Part shown: piece after piece, positions 1 through 10,662 of the stretch
How the letters are laid out: every line of letters begins with the position of its first letter
How positions within the stretch are numbered: position 1 is the first letter of the stretch
Source: Acidobacteriota bacterium
GTDB lineage: Bacteria; Acidobacteriota; Thermoanaerobaculia; UBA5066; Gp7-AA6
Length of the DNA stretch: 64,000 nt
NCBI GenBank assembly: GCA_050257975.1
Contig: JBLMXY010000024.1
Coordinates: 15,844-79,843 of the forward strand
Direction of reading: 5' to 3'
The notes under the pieces: generated by a model
Databases searched by the model: none
What the model saw: only the letters and a program-made list of their open reading frames with translations
What the model was told of the DNA's origin: nothing
Made by a program: the position numbers and the translations under genes

Positions 1-1461
1 GGCCTTGTAGCGCAGCCGGGCCCCGGTGCGCGGGTCCTGGGAGGCGAGGAAAAGATGCGGCGTGGGCAGACGGCCCCCCTCGATCAGCGCCGAGAGGGCC
101 CGCGCGAGCTGAATCGGCGTGACGAGAACCGGGCCCTGGCCGATCGCGACGGAGATCGTCTCGCTCGGATACCAGCGCGCGTGGCGCTTGGAGAGGGCCC
201 ACTCCTCGGAGGGAACCAGTCCGCTCTTCTCGAACTGCAGGTCGACCCCGGTCGGCTCGCCGAAGCCGAACGCCTTCGAGATCTCGGCGATCCGGTCGAT
301 GCCGAGGCGGCGTCCCAGGTTGTAGAAGTAGACGTCGCAGGAGACCTTGATCGCGTCGCGCAGGTTGACCCACCCGTGGCCCTGCTTCTTGTGGCAGTGG
401 AAGGTGCGCCCGTAGAAGGTCGCGTAGCCCGGGCAGAAGACGCGGGCCGCCGGGTCCACGAGGCCCGCGGCGAGCGCCCCGTAGGCCAGAAAGACCTTGA
501 ACGTCGAGCCGGGCGAAAAGGCGTTCTGGATCGAGCGGTTCTGCAGGGGATGGTGCGGATCCGACAGCAGCCCCGACCACTCCGACCCCGTCACTCTCCG
601 CGTGAACCAGTTCGGGTCGTACGAAGGCGACGAAACGAGCGCGAGGATCTCGCCCGTCCTCGGGTCGAGAGCCACGGCGCTGCCCACCCGCTCGCGGAAA
701 TAGTCCTCGGCGATCCGCTGCAGGCCGAGGTCGAGGGTCACGAAGAGGTTCTGCCCGGGGCGCGCCGGGATCTGGCTCTGCTCGGCGATCTCGCGCCCGT
801 GCGAATCCACGACGACGCGCCGCTCCCCGTTGACGCCTGCGAGCAGCGGCTCGTAGGTCGCCTCGATCCCCTTCTGTCCGATCCAGTCGCCCATCGCGTA
901 GGCGTCGGGGGACGCCTTGATCTGCTCGGCGGTCGCCTCGGCGAGGTAGCCGAGGGCGTGTGCGGCCACGACGCCGTGGGCGTAGAGCCGCCGCTGCGAG
1001 ACCGCCACGGCGAACTCCGGGTGCTCGGGCGCCCGCGCCTCGACGGCCGCCACCTCGTCGATGCCGAGGTTCTCCGCGATCGGCACGGCCACGAACTCCG
1101 GATACCGCAGCGCCCGTTCCACGCGCGCGTGCACCTGCAGCGGGGGAAGCCGCAGCACCCCGGCCGCAAACTGCTCCGAGCCTTCCAGGTTCTTCGTTTC
1201 CCGGCGGTAGAGCTGCAGGTTGTACGCCGGCTCGTTCTCGACGAGCGCGACCCCGTTGCGGTCGAAGATGTACCCGCGCGGCGCCGTGATCTTGACCGAG
1301 CGGATGCGGTTGTTTTCCGAGAGCGCGAAGTAGTACTCCCCGCGCACGATCTGGACGTACCAGTAGGAGCTCGCCAGCAATGCGAAGACGCTCCCGACGG
1401 CGATCCGGGCGATCTCGACGCGCCGGGAGAGCTCGCGCCGGTTCTCGCGGGCCCGGAACAT
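1..1461 (-). CDS. mrdA: Penicillin-binding protein 2 (peptidoglycan D,D-transpeptidase), C-terminally truncated by the window edge
   Basis: The minus frame is open from the window edge to the ATG at 1461, so it is absent from the ORF track. Translation begins MFRARENRRELSRRVEIARIAVGSVFALLASSYWYVQIV and contains the SxxK transpeptidase motif (SPGSTFK). It lies directly downstream of mreBCD, as in the canonical cluster. Confidence 0.85.
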   Translation of the reverse strand, partial: MFRARENRRELSRRVEIARIAVGSVFALLASSYWYVQIVRGEYYFALSENNRIRSVKITAPRGYIFDRNGVALVENEPAYNLQLYRRETKNLEGSEQFAAGVLRLPPLQVHARVERALRYPEFVAVPIAENLGIDEVAAVEARAPEHPEFAVAVSQRRLYAHGVVAAHALGYLAEATAEQIKASPDAYAMGDWIGQKGIEATYEPLLAGVNGERRVVVDSHGREIAEQSQIPARPGQNLFVTLDLGLQRIAEDYFRERVGSAVALDPRTGEILALVSSPSYDPNWFTRRVTGSEWSGLLSDPHHPLQNRSIQNAFSPGSTFKVFLAYGALAAGLVDPAARVFCPGYATFYGRTFHCHKKQGHGWVNLRDAIKVSCDVYFYNLGRRLGIDRIAEISKAFGFGEPTGVDLQFEKSGLVPSEEWALSKRHARWYPSETISVAIGQGPVLVTPIQLARALSALIEGGRLPTPHLFLASQDPRTGARLRYKA

Positions 1462-1489
1462 CAGCGCACCTTCCGTCCCGTCGACCGCA

Positions 1490-1993
1490 TCACCGAAGCC
1501 TCCTCAGGCGCCTCTTGACCCACCACTCGCGCCACGGAAACTTCGCGGCGGCTTCGAGGGCCGCCGCCGTGATCCCGGTCGTCGCCGCGCGCCAGAGCGA
1601 CTCGCGCGAGCCGATGACGATCGGCGCCTGCATCAGAAGGGACGCGAGCACGGCCACGATCGCGTCGTTGGCGAGCGACGCCAGCGCCAGCGCCGCCCCC
1701 ACCGCGACCGATCCCCCGACGATCACGCGCACCGCGACCAGAGCCAGGCCGTAGCCGAGCGCCGATTTGGCGAACGCGTTGAAGCCGAGCATCGGCTGCG
1801 TGAGCGCGTCCTCGAGCAGCCCCGCCCCGGCCCCCGTCAGCACCGCCTTGACGAAGTTGCCTTCCCGGGCGACCGCCGCGACGGCGATCAGAAACCAGTC
1901 GACCGGCCACGCGCCGCGGTGCCCCGAGGCGCCGAAGAGAAACGAGAGAGCCGCCGCGGCCGCGAGCAGCATCGCGATGCGGCGCAGTCTCAC
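1490..1993 (-). CDS. mreD: Rod shape-determining protein MreD
   Basis: This is the C-terminal 160-167 aa of track ORF 1490..2791(-). It is a polytopic hydrophobic protein (MLLAAAAALSFLFG...WFLIAVAAVA...). A GTG at 1993 overlaps the mreC stop (GTGA); the alternative start is the ATG at 1972. Its position between mreC and mrdA supports the call. Confidence 0.75.
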   Translation of the reverse strand: MRLRRIAMLLAAAAALSFLFGASGHRGAWPVDWFLIAVAAVAREGNFVKAVLTGAGAGLLEDALTQPMLGFNAFAKSALGYGLALVAVRVIVGGSVAVGAALALASLANDAIVAVLASLLMQAPIVIGSRESLWRAATTGITAAALEAAAKFPWREWWVKRRLRRLR

Positions 1994-2874
1994 GGCACCG
2001 CACTCCCCGCCCCTCCCCGAACCTCCCCCGCCGCCGGCGAGGGAGCGAGCACGAGGACGTCCGTCAGCCGCGAGAAGTCGGCGGCCGGGCGGACGTGGAT
2101 CTCGAGAAACAGACTGTTGCCGCGGGCGACCGCGTCGACCCGGCCGATGGGCACGCCGCGCGGGTAGATGCCGTCGATCCCCGCCGACTCGACCGCGTCG
2201 CCGGCCCGAACGGAGGAGGTGATCGGCACGTTGTTCAGGCGAAGTCCCCCGCGCCCGTCTCCGCGCACGACGCCGAGCTCCCCGGTGCGCACGATGCGCG
2301 CGCCCGCGGCGGCCGATGCGTCGGTCAGAAACTGCGCGCGCGACATCGACCGCCCCGCCGTCACGATCCGCCCCACCAGCCCCTCCGGAACGGCCAGCGG
2401 CGAGCCCGACGTCGCCCCGTTCGCCGTCCCGGCCCCGACGAGCGCGCTCTGGAGCCCGGCCCGGCGCTCGATCAGCAGCACCGGCGCGGCCGCGAGCACG
2501 TTGGGCAGGGCGGGACCGGCGGTCGCGAGCAGCCTCTCGCGCTCGGCCTGCGCCACCATCGCGCGCAATCGAAAGAGCTCCCGCTCCCGATCCGCGAGGC
2601 GCTCCTTCAAGGCCGCGTTCTCGGCGGTCGCCTGCAGCATCCGCGCCCCCGAGTCGGCGGCGCCGGTCGCGGTCCGGGAGACCGCCGAGACGGCCTCGGC
2701 GGCCGGAGCCACCGCCGAGAGGATCCACGACTGAAGAACCGACCCCGGACGGTTGCGCGCCGGCGCCTGCGCCGAAAGAAGCAGCACGCACCCGACCAGC
2801 ACCGAGAGCAGCACCGTTCCCCCGCGGCGCGATCGGGCGCCGGGAATCTCGACGGCGGGGTTGGTGGCTCTCAC
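1990..2874 (-). CDS. mreC: Rod shape-determining protein MreC
   Basis: 294 aa with an N-terminal TM segment, a coiled-coil (ENAALKERLADRERELFRLRAM) and a beta-rich C-terminal domain. It lies immediately downstream of mreB. Confidence 0.85.
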   Translation of the reverse strand: MRATNPAVEIPGARSRRGGTVLLSVLVGCVLLLSAQAPARNRPGSVLQSWILSAVAPAAEAVSAVSRTATGAADSGARMLQATAENAALKERLADRERELFRLRAMVAQAERERLLATAGPALPNVLAAAPVLLIERRAGLQSALVGAGTANGATSGSPLAVPEGLVGRIVTAGRSMSRAQFLTDASAAAGARIVRTGELGVVRGDGRGGLRLNNVPITSSVRAGDAVESAGIDGIYPRGVPIGRVDAVARGNSLFLEIHVRPAADFSRLTDVLVLAPSPAAGEVRGGAGSAVP

Positions 2875-2979
2875 GGGAGGTCGGGGTCGAGGCCCGAGGG
2901 GTCGAAGCGAGCGCGGGGCATCGAGAAGTCCATTGGATCCGTTCTCCGCCCGAAGGTTACGCCCGACGCCTCACGCCGT

Positions 2980-4029
<1,050 letters not shown>

Positions 4030-4096
4030 TCAGTTATCAGTCATCAGTTTTCAGTTTCCGGAACTGAGAACTGACAACTGACAACTGACAACTGAC
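4030..4096. repeat. Heptamer-based palindromic intergenic element, copy A
   Basis: 4 x TCAGTTN (4030-4057), CCGG loop, then 5 x AACTGAC/G (4062-4096), giving a long imperfect hairpin. It lies between the stop of gene 4106..5545(-) and the mreB start. Confidence 0.85.
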
Positions 4097-4105
4097 GACC
4101 ACTAT

Positions 4106-5545
4106 TCACATCGACTCCACGAAAACCTTGATCCGTCGGACCGTCTCGTTGCCCGAGGCGTCGGCCGCTTTCACGATGAGCATCGCATAACCGTCTCGGT
4201 CGATCGTAATCGTCTTGCGGAAAGAGCCGTCGGAATCGACGTCGGCCGTCTCGCCGTTGACCGTCACCGTCGCCGCGGGGTCCGTCTTCCCAAAGACCAG
4301 GAAGAGATTTCCCATCTGCTGCGGGGGCGAGACGGTCAGTGGCGGCGGCGGCGCGTTGGCCCCGACTCGCGGCATCTCCGCCAGCATCTTGAAGCGGCGC
4401 ACGGCGCTCCAGTCCGAGGAGATGCCCTCCCGGGTGATCGTCGCGACGCGCCAGAAATACGCCCCCTCGCGCGAGACCTTCACGACGGCATAGGTCTCCG
4501 TGCGGTTGTCGAGGTCGACCTCGAGCGCGTCCGGCACGAAGAGCCGGGAGCGGGAGATCTGGAGCCGGTACCGCGTTGCCGCCGGAATGCTCGACCACCG
4601 AAGGTCGACCTGGTCGCCCGCCTTCAGGTCGTAGATCCGGTTGTCCGCAGGAAGCAACGGCTGCGGGGACTCGGGCAGCCGGACCTTGGAGGAGATCTCG
4701 CCCGTGGCCGCCCCCGCCGAGACCCTTTCGCGTTCCGCCAGCACGACGGTCTGGCGGCCGGTCGACACGGTCGTCTTGCCTCGGAAGCTCGTGACCTCGG
4801 TCTTCTGGCCCTTCTCGACGTCGAGGGCGGCCCGCGAGTCGCGGTCCACGTCCGCCGTGGCTGCGTCGGTCGCGATCTTGGACGTGGAGCCCGCGGTGAA
4901 CACGTTGATCAGGCCGGAAACGATCTTGACCTGGCTGCCGGCCGATTCCGAGAGCGAGGGGCGGTGCACCTCGAAGAGCGAGCCGGGGCGCAGCGTGTAG
5001 AGCGTGCCGTCGGCGAACATGATCTCGGCCGAGCCGTTGCGCCCCGTCTTGACGAAGTCGCCGTCGAAGAGGGCCTGCCGCTGCCGGGCCGGCTCGAAGG
5101 TCGAGCGACCCGCGCTTTGCATCGAAACGTCTCCCTCGATCGAGATGAAGGACGCGTCCCCGGTCTCCTCCGCGCCGGCTCCTCCGAGCGCGCGGCGCGA
5201 ATAGGACTGCGACTCGACGGCGAGGCGAAACGCTTCGTCGAACCGGCGTCCGCCGAAGGCGGCCTCGGCCGAACGCAGCGCGTCCCGGGCTTCGGCCACG
5301 TGCGAGCCGGGCCGCGCCGAACCGGAAGCGGCCGTCGCCTTGGTGAGCAGTGTCGTCGCACTGGCGATCTCCGAGCGCGCCTTGTCTTCGGGCGAGCGCC
5401 GCGAGCGGCTGTACAGAAAATAGCCGACCCCGCCCGCCACGAGGACGATCGCGACCACAAGGCTGACCTGCCGGATCCGCTCGATCGGAATGACAAACCA
5501 GTCGATATCCGATCCCACGGGCCGGCCGGGCTTCGGCTTCGCCAT
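4106..5545 (-). CDS. Membrane-anchored FecR-domain protein
   Basis: 479 aa with one N-terminal TM segment (VSLVVAIVLVAGGVGYFLY), a FecR-like segment (GDFVKTGRNGSAEIMFADGTLYTLRPGSLFEV) and Ig-like C-terminal repeats. Confidence 0.7.
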   Translation of the reverse strand: MAKPKPGRPVGSDIDWFVIPIERIRQVSLVVAIVLVAGGVGYFLYSRSRRSPEDKARSEIASATTLLTKATAASGSARPGSHVAEARDALRSAEAAFGGRRFDEAFRLAVESQSYSRRALGGAGAEETGDASFISIEGDVSMQSAGRSTFEPARQRQALFDGDFVKTGRNGSAEIMFADGTLYTLRPGSLFEVHRPSLSESAGSQVKIVSGLINVFTAGSTSKIATDAATADVDRDSRAALDVEKGQKTEVTSFRGKTTVSTGRQTVVLAERERVSAGAATGEISSKVRLPESPQPLLPADNRIYDLKAGDQVDLRWSSIPAATRYRLQISRSRLFVPDALEVDLDNRTETYAVVKVSREGAYFWRVATITREGISSDWSAVRRFKMLAEMPRVGANAPPPPLTVSPPQQMGNLFLVFGKTDPAATVTVNGETADVDSDGSFRKTITIDRDGYAMLIVKAADASGNETVRRIKVFVESM

Positions 5546-5742
5546 GAACCTCCGCTTTTACAGAGACTTATAGCATACGACAGCCCGAGGGATTTGACAC
5601 AGGCGACCTGCGCATCCCGATGACGGCGCGGCAGCTTCACCGCGTCCTGCCGGCGGCCAGCGCCCGGGCCGACCCCGCAAACCGGCCTCCGGCCGCGTTA
5701 TAGTCGCCCGTTCTCGATTTCGAGGGACGGAGGTCACCCGGA

Positions 5743-7695
5743 ATGCTCAAAACGATGCGCGACAGCTTCCACCAGCTCAAGTGGACGCTATGGGCCGTCG
5801 TCGCCGTCTTCATCCTGGGCTTCGTTTATTTCAGTGGCTCGAGCACCAACCCGAACGACCGGTCGTCGCAGGTGGTCGCCCGCATCGGCTCGACGGAAAT
5901 CAGCGGAGCCGAGTTCCAGCGCGCCTATCAAAACCGGCTGGACGCCTACCGGGAGCAATACCGCGGGAACCTGACGCCCGAGATGCTCCGATTCCTGGAC
6001 CTGCCGCGGCAGGTCCTCGACGGGATGATCCTGCGCAAGCTCGAGCTCGAGCAGGCGAGGCGGTTGAGTCTCGCCGTCTCCAACGAGGAAGTCGCCCGCG
6101 CGGTGATGTCCTATCCCGCCTTTCAACAGAACGGGCAGTTCATCGGGCGAGAGAAGTACGTTCAGCTTCTCGGCCGCTACGGGTACACGCCGGAGCGCTT
6201 CGAGGAGGACCTGCGCCAGGACCTGCTCGCCGGCAAGTACGCCGAGCTCGTCCGCGCTTCGATTCTCGTCCCCGACGCCGAGATCGCCCGCGAGTATTCG
6301 GTGCGCAACGACAAGGCCACCATCGAATACGTCCTGATCCCGGGAAGCCGCCTCGAAAGCGGCGTGCAGCCGACCGACCAGGACCTGAAGGCCTACTACG
6401 AGAAGCACCGCGAGCGCTACCGCAAGCCCGAGCAGCGCCGGATCAAGTACCTTCTGGTCGACCAGGCGAAGGTTCGCGCCAAGGTCGCGCCGACCGACGC
6501 CGAGCTTCGGGCCGAATACGCCGCGCGGCGCGACGCCCTCAAGGTTCCCGAGCAGATCGTGGCCGCGCACATCCTGATCAAGAGCGACCCGTCGCAGGGC
6601 CCCGAGGCGGACGCCGCCGCCCGAGCGAAGGCCGAGAAGATCCTCGCGCGGGCCAAGGCGGGCGAGGACTTCGGAAAGCTCGCCAGGGAGGCGAGCGAGG
6701 ACGCCTCGAACAAGGACAGCGGCGGGCAGCTGCCCCCCTTCTCCCGCGGCCAGATGGTTCCGGAGTTCGAGCAGGCCGCCTTCGCACTCTCGCCCGGCGA
6801 GATCGCGGGGCCGGTCAAGACGCAGTTCGGGTACCACGTCATCAAGCTGATCTCGAAGATCCCCGAGCACCTGCAGAGCTTCGAGGAAGCGCGGGGGGCG
6901 CTCGCCGCCGACCTCGCCCAGCGCAAGACCGAGGCCGAGACCAGCCGGCTCGCGCGCGAGCTCGTCGAGAAGGTCGGCAAGCTCTCCAGCGCCTCCGACG
7001 AAGAGCTCCGCAAGCTTCAGAGCGACGTCGTCACCTTCAACACCACGCCGTGGGTCGCGCGCGGCGAGCCGATACCGGGCGTGGGCGCCAACGCCCAGTT
7101 CTCCCAGGAGGCCTTCGGGCTCAAGCTCGGCAAGATCTCCAGGACGGCCGTGCCGACGGCGCGGGGGCCCGCGATCGCAAAGCCCGCCGAAGAGCGTCCG
7201 GCGGGAGTTCCGCCGCTCGAGGAGCTCAAGGAGCGCGTGACCGACGACTGGAAGGCGGACCGCCGGGAGAAGGAGGCGCTCGAAAAGCTGCAGCCGGCGG
7301 CTCAGGAGATCGCGTCGGGAACGCCGCTGCCGAAGATCGCCGCGCGGTACGACACCGAGGTGAAAACGACGCCCGAGTTCTCGCCGGGCGGGCCGATCCC
7401 CGAGATCGGCAACGCGCCGGAGCTGTCGGCCGCGGTTTTCAAGACGCCGCAGGGCCAGGCCGGCCCTCCGGTCTCGGTGCCGGGAGGATTCGTCCTCTTC
7501 CGGGTCATCGAGCGCAAGACCGCGGATCCAAAGGCGTTCGAGGCCCAGAAGGCGGAGCTCGCCGAGGCCATCCGCACGCGCGAAGGCGACAAGCTGCTGC
7601 GATCCTCGCTCCAGCAGCTGCGCGCCGAGCAAAGGGTCGAGGTCAACGAGGAGCTTCTCAAGTCCTTCCTGCCCGAAGAGGGGCGGAGGGGATGA
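5743..7695 (+). CDS. Periplasmic chaperone / peptidyl-prolyl isomerase, PpiD-like (SurA-N plus parvulin domain)
   Basis: 650 aa with an N-terminal TM anchor and a parvulin rotamase core (AAHILIK...GGQLPPFSRGQMVPEFEQAAFAL...GPVKTQFGYHVIKL). Confidence 0.85.
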   Translation: MLKTMRDSFHQLKWTLWAVVAVFILGFVYFSGSSTNPNDRSSQVVARIGSTEISGAEFQRAYQNRLDAYREQYRGNLTPEMLRFLDLPRQVLDGMILRKLELEQARRLSLAVSNEEVARAVMSYPAFQQNGQFIGREKYVQLLGRYGYTPERFEEDLRQDLLAGKYAELVRASILVPDAEIAREYSVRNDKATIEYVLIPGSRLESGVQPTDQDLKAYYEKHRERYRKPEQRRIKYLLVDQAKVRAKVAPTDAELRAEYAARRDALKVPEQIVAAHILIKSDPSQGPEADAAARAKAEKILARAKAGEDFGKLAREASEDASNKDSGGQLPPFSRGQMVPEFEQAAFALSPGEIAGPVKTQFGYHVIKLISKIPEHLQSFEEARGALAADLAQRKTEAETSRLARELVEKVGKLSSASDEELRKLQSDVVTFNTTPWVARGEPIPGVGANAQFSQEAFGLKLGKISRTAVPTARGPAIAKPAEERPAGVPPLEELKERVTDDWKADRREKEALEKLQPAAQEIASGTPLPKIAARYDTEVKTTPEFSPGGPIPEIGNAPELSAAVFKTPQGQAGPPVSVPGGFVLFRVIERKTADPKAFEAQKAELAEAIRTREGDKLLRSSLQQLRAEQRVEVNEELLKSFLPEEGRRG

Positions 7696-7701
7696 AGAGT
7701 C

Positions 7702-7774
7702 GTCAGTGGTCAGTCGTCAGTTTTCAGTTCTCAGCCCTCCGAACTGATGACTGACAACTGACAACTGACAACTG
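7702..7774. repeat. Heptamer-based palindromic intergenic element, copy B
   Basis: GTCAGTG GTCAGTC GTCAGTT TTCAGTT CTCAG, then loop ccctccg, then AACTGAT GACTGAC AACTGAC AACTGAC AACTG. It starts 7 nt after the ppiD-like stop and ends 3 nt before the ruvA ATG. Confidence 0.85.
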
Positions 7775-7777
7775 CTC

Positions 7778-8368
7778 ATGATCGGACGGCTCACCGGCAG
7801 ACTCGCATCCAGGGCGCCCGATCAGGTCCTCCTCGACGTCGGCGGCGTCGGCTACCAGGTCTTCATTCCGCTTTCGACCTTCTACGAGCTCCCGGAGGAA
7901 GAAAGCCCGGCCTCCCTCTGGATCCATACCCACGTGCGCGAGGACACCCTCGCCCTCTACGGGTTCCTGACCGAGCGGGAGCGCGGCCTCTTCCAGCTCC
8001 TTCTCGGGGTGGCGGGCATCGGCCCGAAGGTGGCGCTGACGGTGCTCTCGGGGATCCCCCCGGCGGAGCTGGTCGAGGCGCTTCGCCGGCAGGACGTCCG
8101 GCGCCTGATCGCCATCCCCGGTGTCGGCAAGAAGACCTCCGAACGGATGGTGCTCGAGCTCGCGGAGAAGGTCGCCGTCTTCGCCGCCGCGGCGCCGGCC
8201 GGGGCGCCGGCCGAGGTGGCCGCCGACGACGTCATCTCCGCGCTGGTCAACCTCGGCTACCGCCGGGCCGAGGCGGAGCGCGCGGTGGACGGCATCGCGC
8301 GGGGCGGGCCCCCGGCCGACTTCGGCGACTACCTGAAGCTCGCCCTGAAGAAGCTCACCGGAGGATAG
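7778..8368 (+). CDS. ruvA: Holliday junction DNA helicase subunit RuvA
   Basis: 196 aa, MIGRLTGRL...VLLDVGGVGYQV, with HhH motifs (GIGPKVAL, IPGVGKKTSERM). Confidence 0.95.
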   Translation: MIGRLTGRLASRAPDQVLLDVGGVGYQVFIPLSTFYELPEEESPASLWIHTHVREDTLALYGFLTERERGLFQLLLGVAGIGPKVALTVLSGIPPAELVEALRRQDVRRLIAIPGVGKKTSERMVLELAEKVAVFAAAAPAGAPAEVAADDVISALVNLGYRRAEAERAVDGIARGGPPADFGDYLKLALKKLTGG

Positions 8369-8386
8369 AGGCCGACTCGGTAAACT

Positions 8387-9421
8387 GTGGGCAGTTCCAT
8401 GACCGACGACAAGGATCTTCTCGCCAGCACGCCGCTCGAAGACGACATCGCCGTCGAGCCGAAGCTGCGGCCCCAGACGCTGTCCGAGTACATCGGCCAG
8501 CCGAAGATCCGCGAGAACCTCGCCGTCTTCCTGGCCGCCGCCCGCGGACGCGGCGAGCCGCTCGACCACGTGCTTTTGACGGGGCCGCCGGGCCTGGGCA
8601 AGACGACGCTCGCCCACATCGTCGCCCGGGAGATGGGCGCGGGTCTGCGCGTGACCTCCGGGCCGATGATCGCTCGCGCGGGAGACCTCGCCGGCATTCT
8701 GACCAACCTCCAACCGAAGGACGTGCTCTTCGTCGACGAGATCCACCGCCTCTCCCCGGCGGTCGAGGAGATTCTCTACCCCGCGATGGAGGACTATCGC
8801 CTGGACGTCCTGATCGGGGAGGGCCCGATGGCGCGCACGATGAAGGTGGACCTGCCGCCCTTCACGTTGATCGGCGCCACGACGCGCCCGGGCCTGCTGT
8901 CCCAACCGCTCCACGCGCGCTTCGGCATCGCGCTGCGCCTGGATTTCTACGACGTCGCGGCGCTGGCCCGGATCGTCCGGCGTTCGGCCGACATCCTCGG
9001 CATCCGCATCGACGAGGCGGCGGCACGGGAAATCGGCGCCCGAAGCCGCGGGACGCCGCGCATCGCCAACCGCCTTCTGCGCCGGCTGCGAGACTTCGCC
9101 GAGGTGGCCGGCAAGCGGGCCATCGATCTTGCGACCGCGCGCGAGGCGCTGACGCGCCTCGAGGTGGACGAGCACGGATTCGACGAGCTCGACCGCCGCA
9201 TCCTGACGACGATCATCGACAAGTTCGCCGGCGGCCCGGTCGGCATCGGGTCAATCGCTGCGTCGATCGGCGAAGACCGCGGCACCCTGGAAGACCTCTA
9301 CGAACCGTACCTGATCCAGGCCGGCTTCCTGCAGCGCACTCCGCGCGGGCGCGTGGCGTCCGCGGCGGCCTACCGGCATCTGGGCATCGTCCCGCCGCCG
9401 CGGGACGGATCGCTCTTCTAG
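8387..9421 (+). CDS. ruvB: Holliday junction DNA helicase RuvB
   Basis: 344 aa with Walker [10 protein letters not shown], Walker B LFVDEIH and typical RuvB N- and C-terminal domains. The alternative ATG start is at 8399. Confidence 0.95.
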   Translation: MGSSMTDDKDLLASTPLEDDIAVEPKLRPQTLSEYIGQPKIRENLAVFLAAARGRGEPLDHVLLTGPPGLGKTTLAHIVAREMGAGLRVTSGPMIARAGDLAGILTNLQPKDVLFVDEIHRLSPAVEEILYPAMEDYRLDVLIGEGPMARTMKVDLPPFTLIGATTRPGLLSQPLHARFGIALRLDFYDVAALARIVRRSADILGIRIDEAAAREIGARSRGTPRIANRLLRRLRDFAEVAGKRAIDLATAREALTRLEVDEHGFDELDRRILTTIIDKFAGGPVGIGSIAASIGEDRGTLEDLYEPYLIQAGFLQRTPRGRVASAAAYRHLGIVPPPRDGSLF

Positions 9422-9427
9422 CAGGTT

Positions 9428-9669
9428 GCCGAAAAAGGGTGTGGGATGGCGTTACGAGCGGGGCCAGATGCAAGGAAGCGCGACGACGGCGATGCCTGAG
9501 CATCGTCGAGGAGCGATGACGACGCGGATGGCCCCGCGCCGCCGTAACCCGAAGGGTGGCCGGCATTTTGCCGGCGCCCGCGAGGAAGAACCAACGGAGA
9601 GATTGGTAACGTTTCCGACGGGCGCCGTATGCAAAATGCCGGACACGACGCCTGCATCCATTTTTCGGC
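9428..9669 (+). ncRNA. Candidate structured RNA or leader of unknown class
   Basis: The 272-nt gap has no credible ORF. A long closing stem pairs GCCGAAAAA...(9428) with ...TTTTTCGGC (9669). Nested helices are 9451-9465/9530-9548, hairpin 9559-9575 and 9573-9580/9619-9626. A mutually exclusive pairing is CCGGCATTTTGC (9560) with GCAAAATGCCGG (9630). The strand is inferred only from G.U pairs. Confidence 0.3.
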
Positions 9670-9693
9670 ACCCTGCTGGGCGGGCCTGAAATC

Positions 9694-10647
9694 GTGAACA
9701 CGCGCCTGGAGGTCCCGACGACCGGCGAGCTTCTTCGGCCTCCGATCCCGTCGAGGCCGCCGATCCGAAAGGGCGTCCTCATCTACAACCCGACGGCCGG
9801 GCAGCGCGACCGGCGGCCCCAGATGGACGCGCTGATCGGGCGGATGCGCGCCGGAGGGATCACGCTGGTCAACGCGCCCACGATGGGGCCCGGCCACGCC
9901 ACGGCGATCGTGCGCGCGTTTCTTCCCCTCAAGCCTGACGTCATCGCCGTCTGCGGCGGCGACGGCACCGTCTCCGAGGTCGCGCGGGGCCTGTCGGGCT
10001 CCGGCATCCCGCTGGCGATGCTTCCGGGGGGCACGTCGAACGTCCTCGCGCGCGAGCTCGGAATCCCGCTCGATCCGGAGCGCGCCGGCGAGCTGCTCTG
10101 GAACGGCCGGCTCCGGTCCGTCCGCGTCCTGCTCGCCAACGACCGGCCTTTCCTGCTCTGGGCGGGCACGGGGCTCGACGCCCGCGTCATGGGCCACATG
10201 AGCCTCGCGCTCAAACGGCGGCTCGGCCGCTCCGGGATTTTCTTCACGGCGGCCTCCGAGTTCCTCCGATACGAGTTTCCCCGCCTCGCCGTTCGGATCG
10301 ACGGGGCGGACCACGAGGCGACCTTCGCGGTGGTCTGCCACGCGCGCCACTACGGCGGGGACTGGGTGATCGCGCCCGAGGCCTCGCTCGACTCCGAAGA
10401 GATGGACGTCCTGCTCTTCGCGCGGCGCAATCACTGGGATCTCTTTCGCCTCTTCCTGGCGATCAAGAGAGGCCGCAGCGCCCACCTCGCGCGCGGCCTC
10501 GCGCGGGTCGTGCGCGGGCGCCTCGTCGAGATCCGGTCCCGGGAAACCTATCCCGTCGAGGTGCACGCGGACGGGGACTGCGTCCTCGAGACGCCGGTGA
10601 CGTGCCGCGCCACGGCGGACACGGTGGAGGTTCTGGTTCCGGCCTAG
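9694..10647 (+). CDS. Diacylglycerol/lipid kinase family protein (YegS/BmrU-like)
   Basis: 317 aa with the DAGK catalytic motif (VIAVCGGDGTVSEV, LPGGTSN). GTG start. Confidence 0.85.
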   Translation: MNTRLEVPTTGELLRPPIPSRPPIRKGVLIYNPTAGQRDRRPQMDALIGRMRAGGITLVNAPTMGPGHATAIVRAFLPLKPDVIAVCGGDGTVSEVARGLSGSGIPLAMLPGGTSNVLARELGIPLDPERAGELLWNGRLRSVRVLLANDRPFLLWAGTGLDARVMGHMSLALKRRLGRSGIFFTAASEFLRYEFPRLAVRIDGADHEATFAVVCHARHYGGDWVIAPEASLDSEEMDVLLFARRNHWDLFRLFLAIKRGRSAHLARGLARVVRGRLVEIRSRETYPVEVHADGDCVLETPVTCRATADTVEVLVPA

Positions 10648-10662
10648 AGGCTCGGCGGCCCG

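Noticed and set aside
55-1518. 487-aa plus-strand ORF covering the window start
   Set aside because: It is an Arg/Gly/Asp/Leu-rich shadow frame antisense to mrdA. The minus strand encodes a clear PBP2 with the SxxK motif.
4030-4096. Heptamer repeat loci as possible CRISPR arrays
   Set aside because: The unit is only 7 nt, there are no spacers, the arms are inverted copies of each other, and no cas genes are in the window.
5781-7754. 657-aa plus-strand and 614-aa minus-strand ORFs overlapping the PpiD-like gene; similar cases at 22934..24517(-), 7724..9175(-), 16509..18695(-) and 32924..35173(-)
   Set aside because: They are shadow frames of well-supported genes, with Arg/Gly/Pro-dominated translations and no domains.
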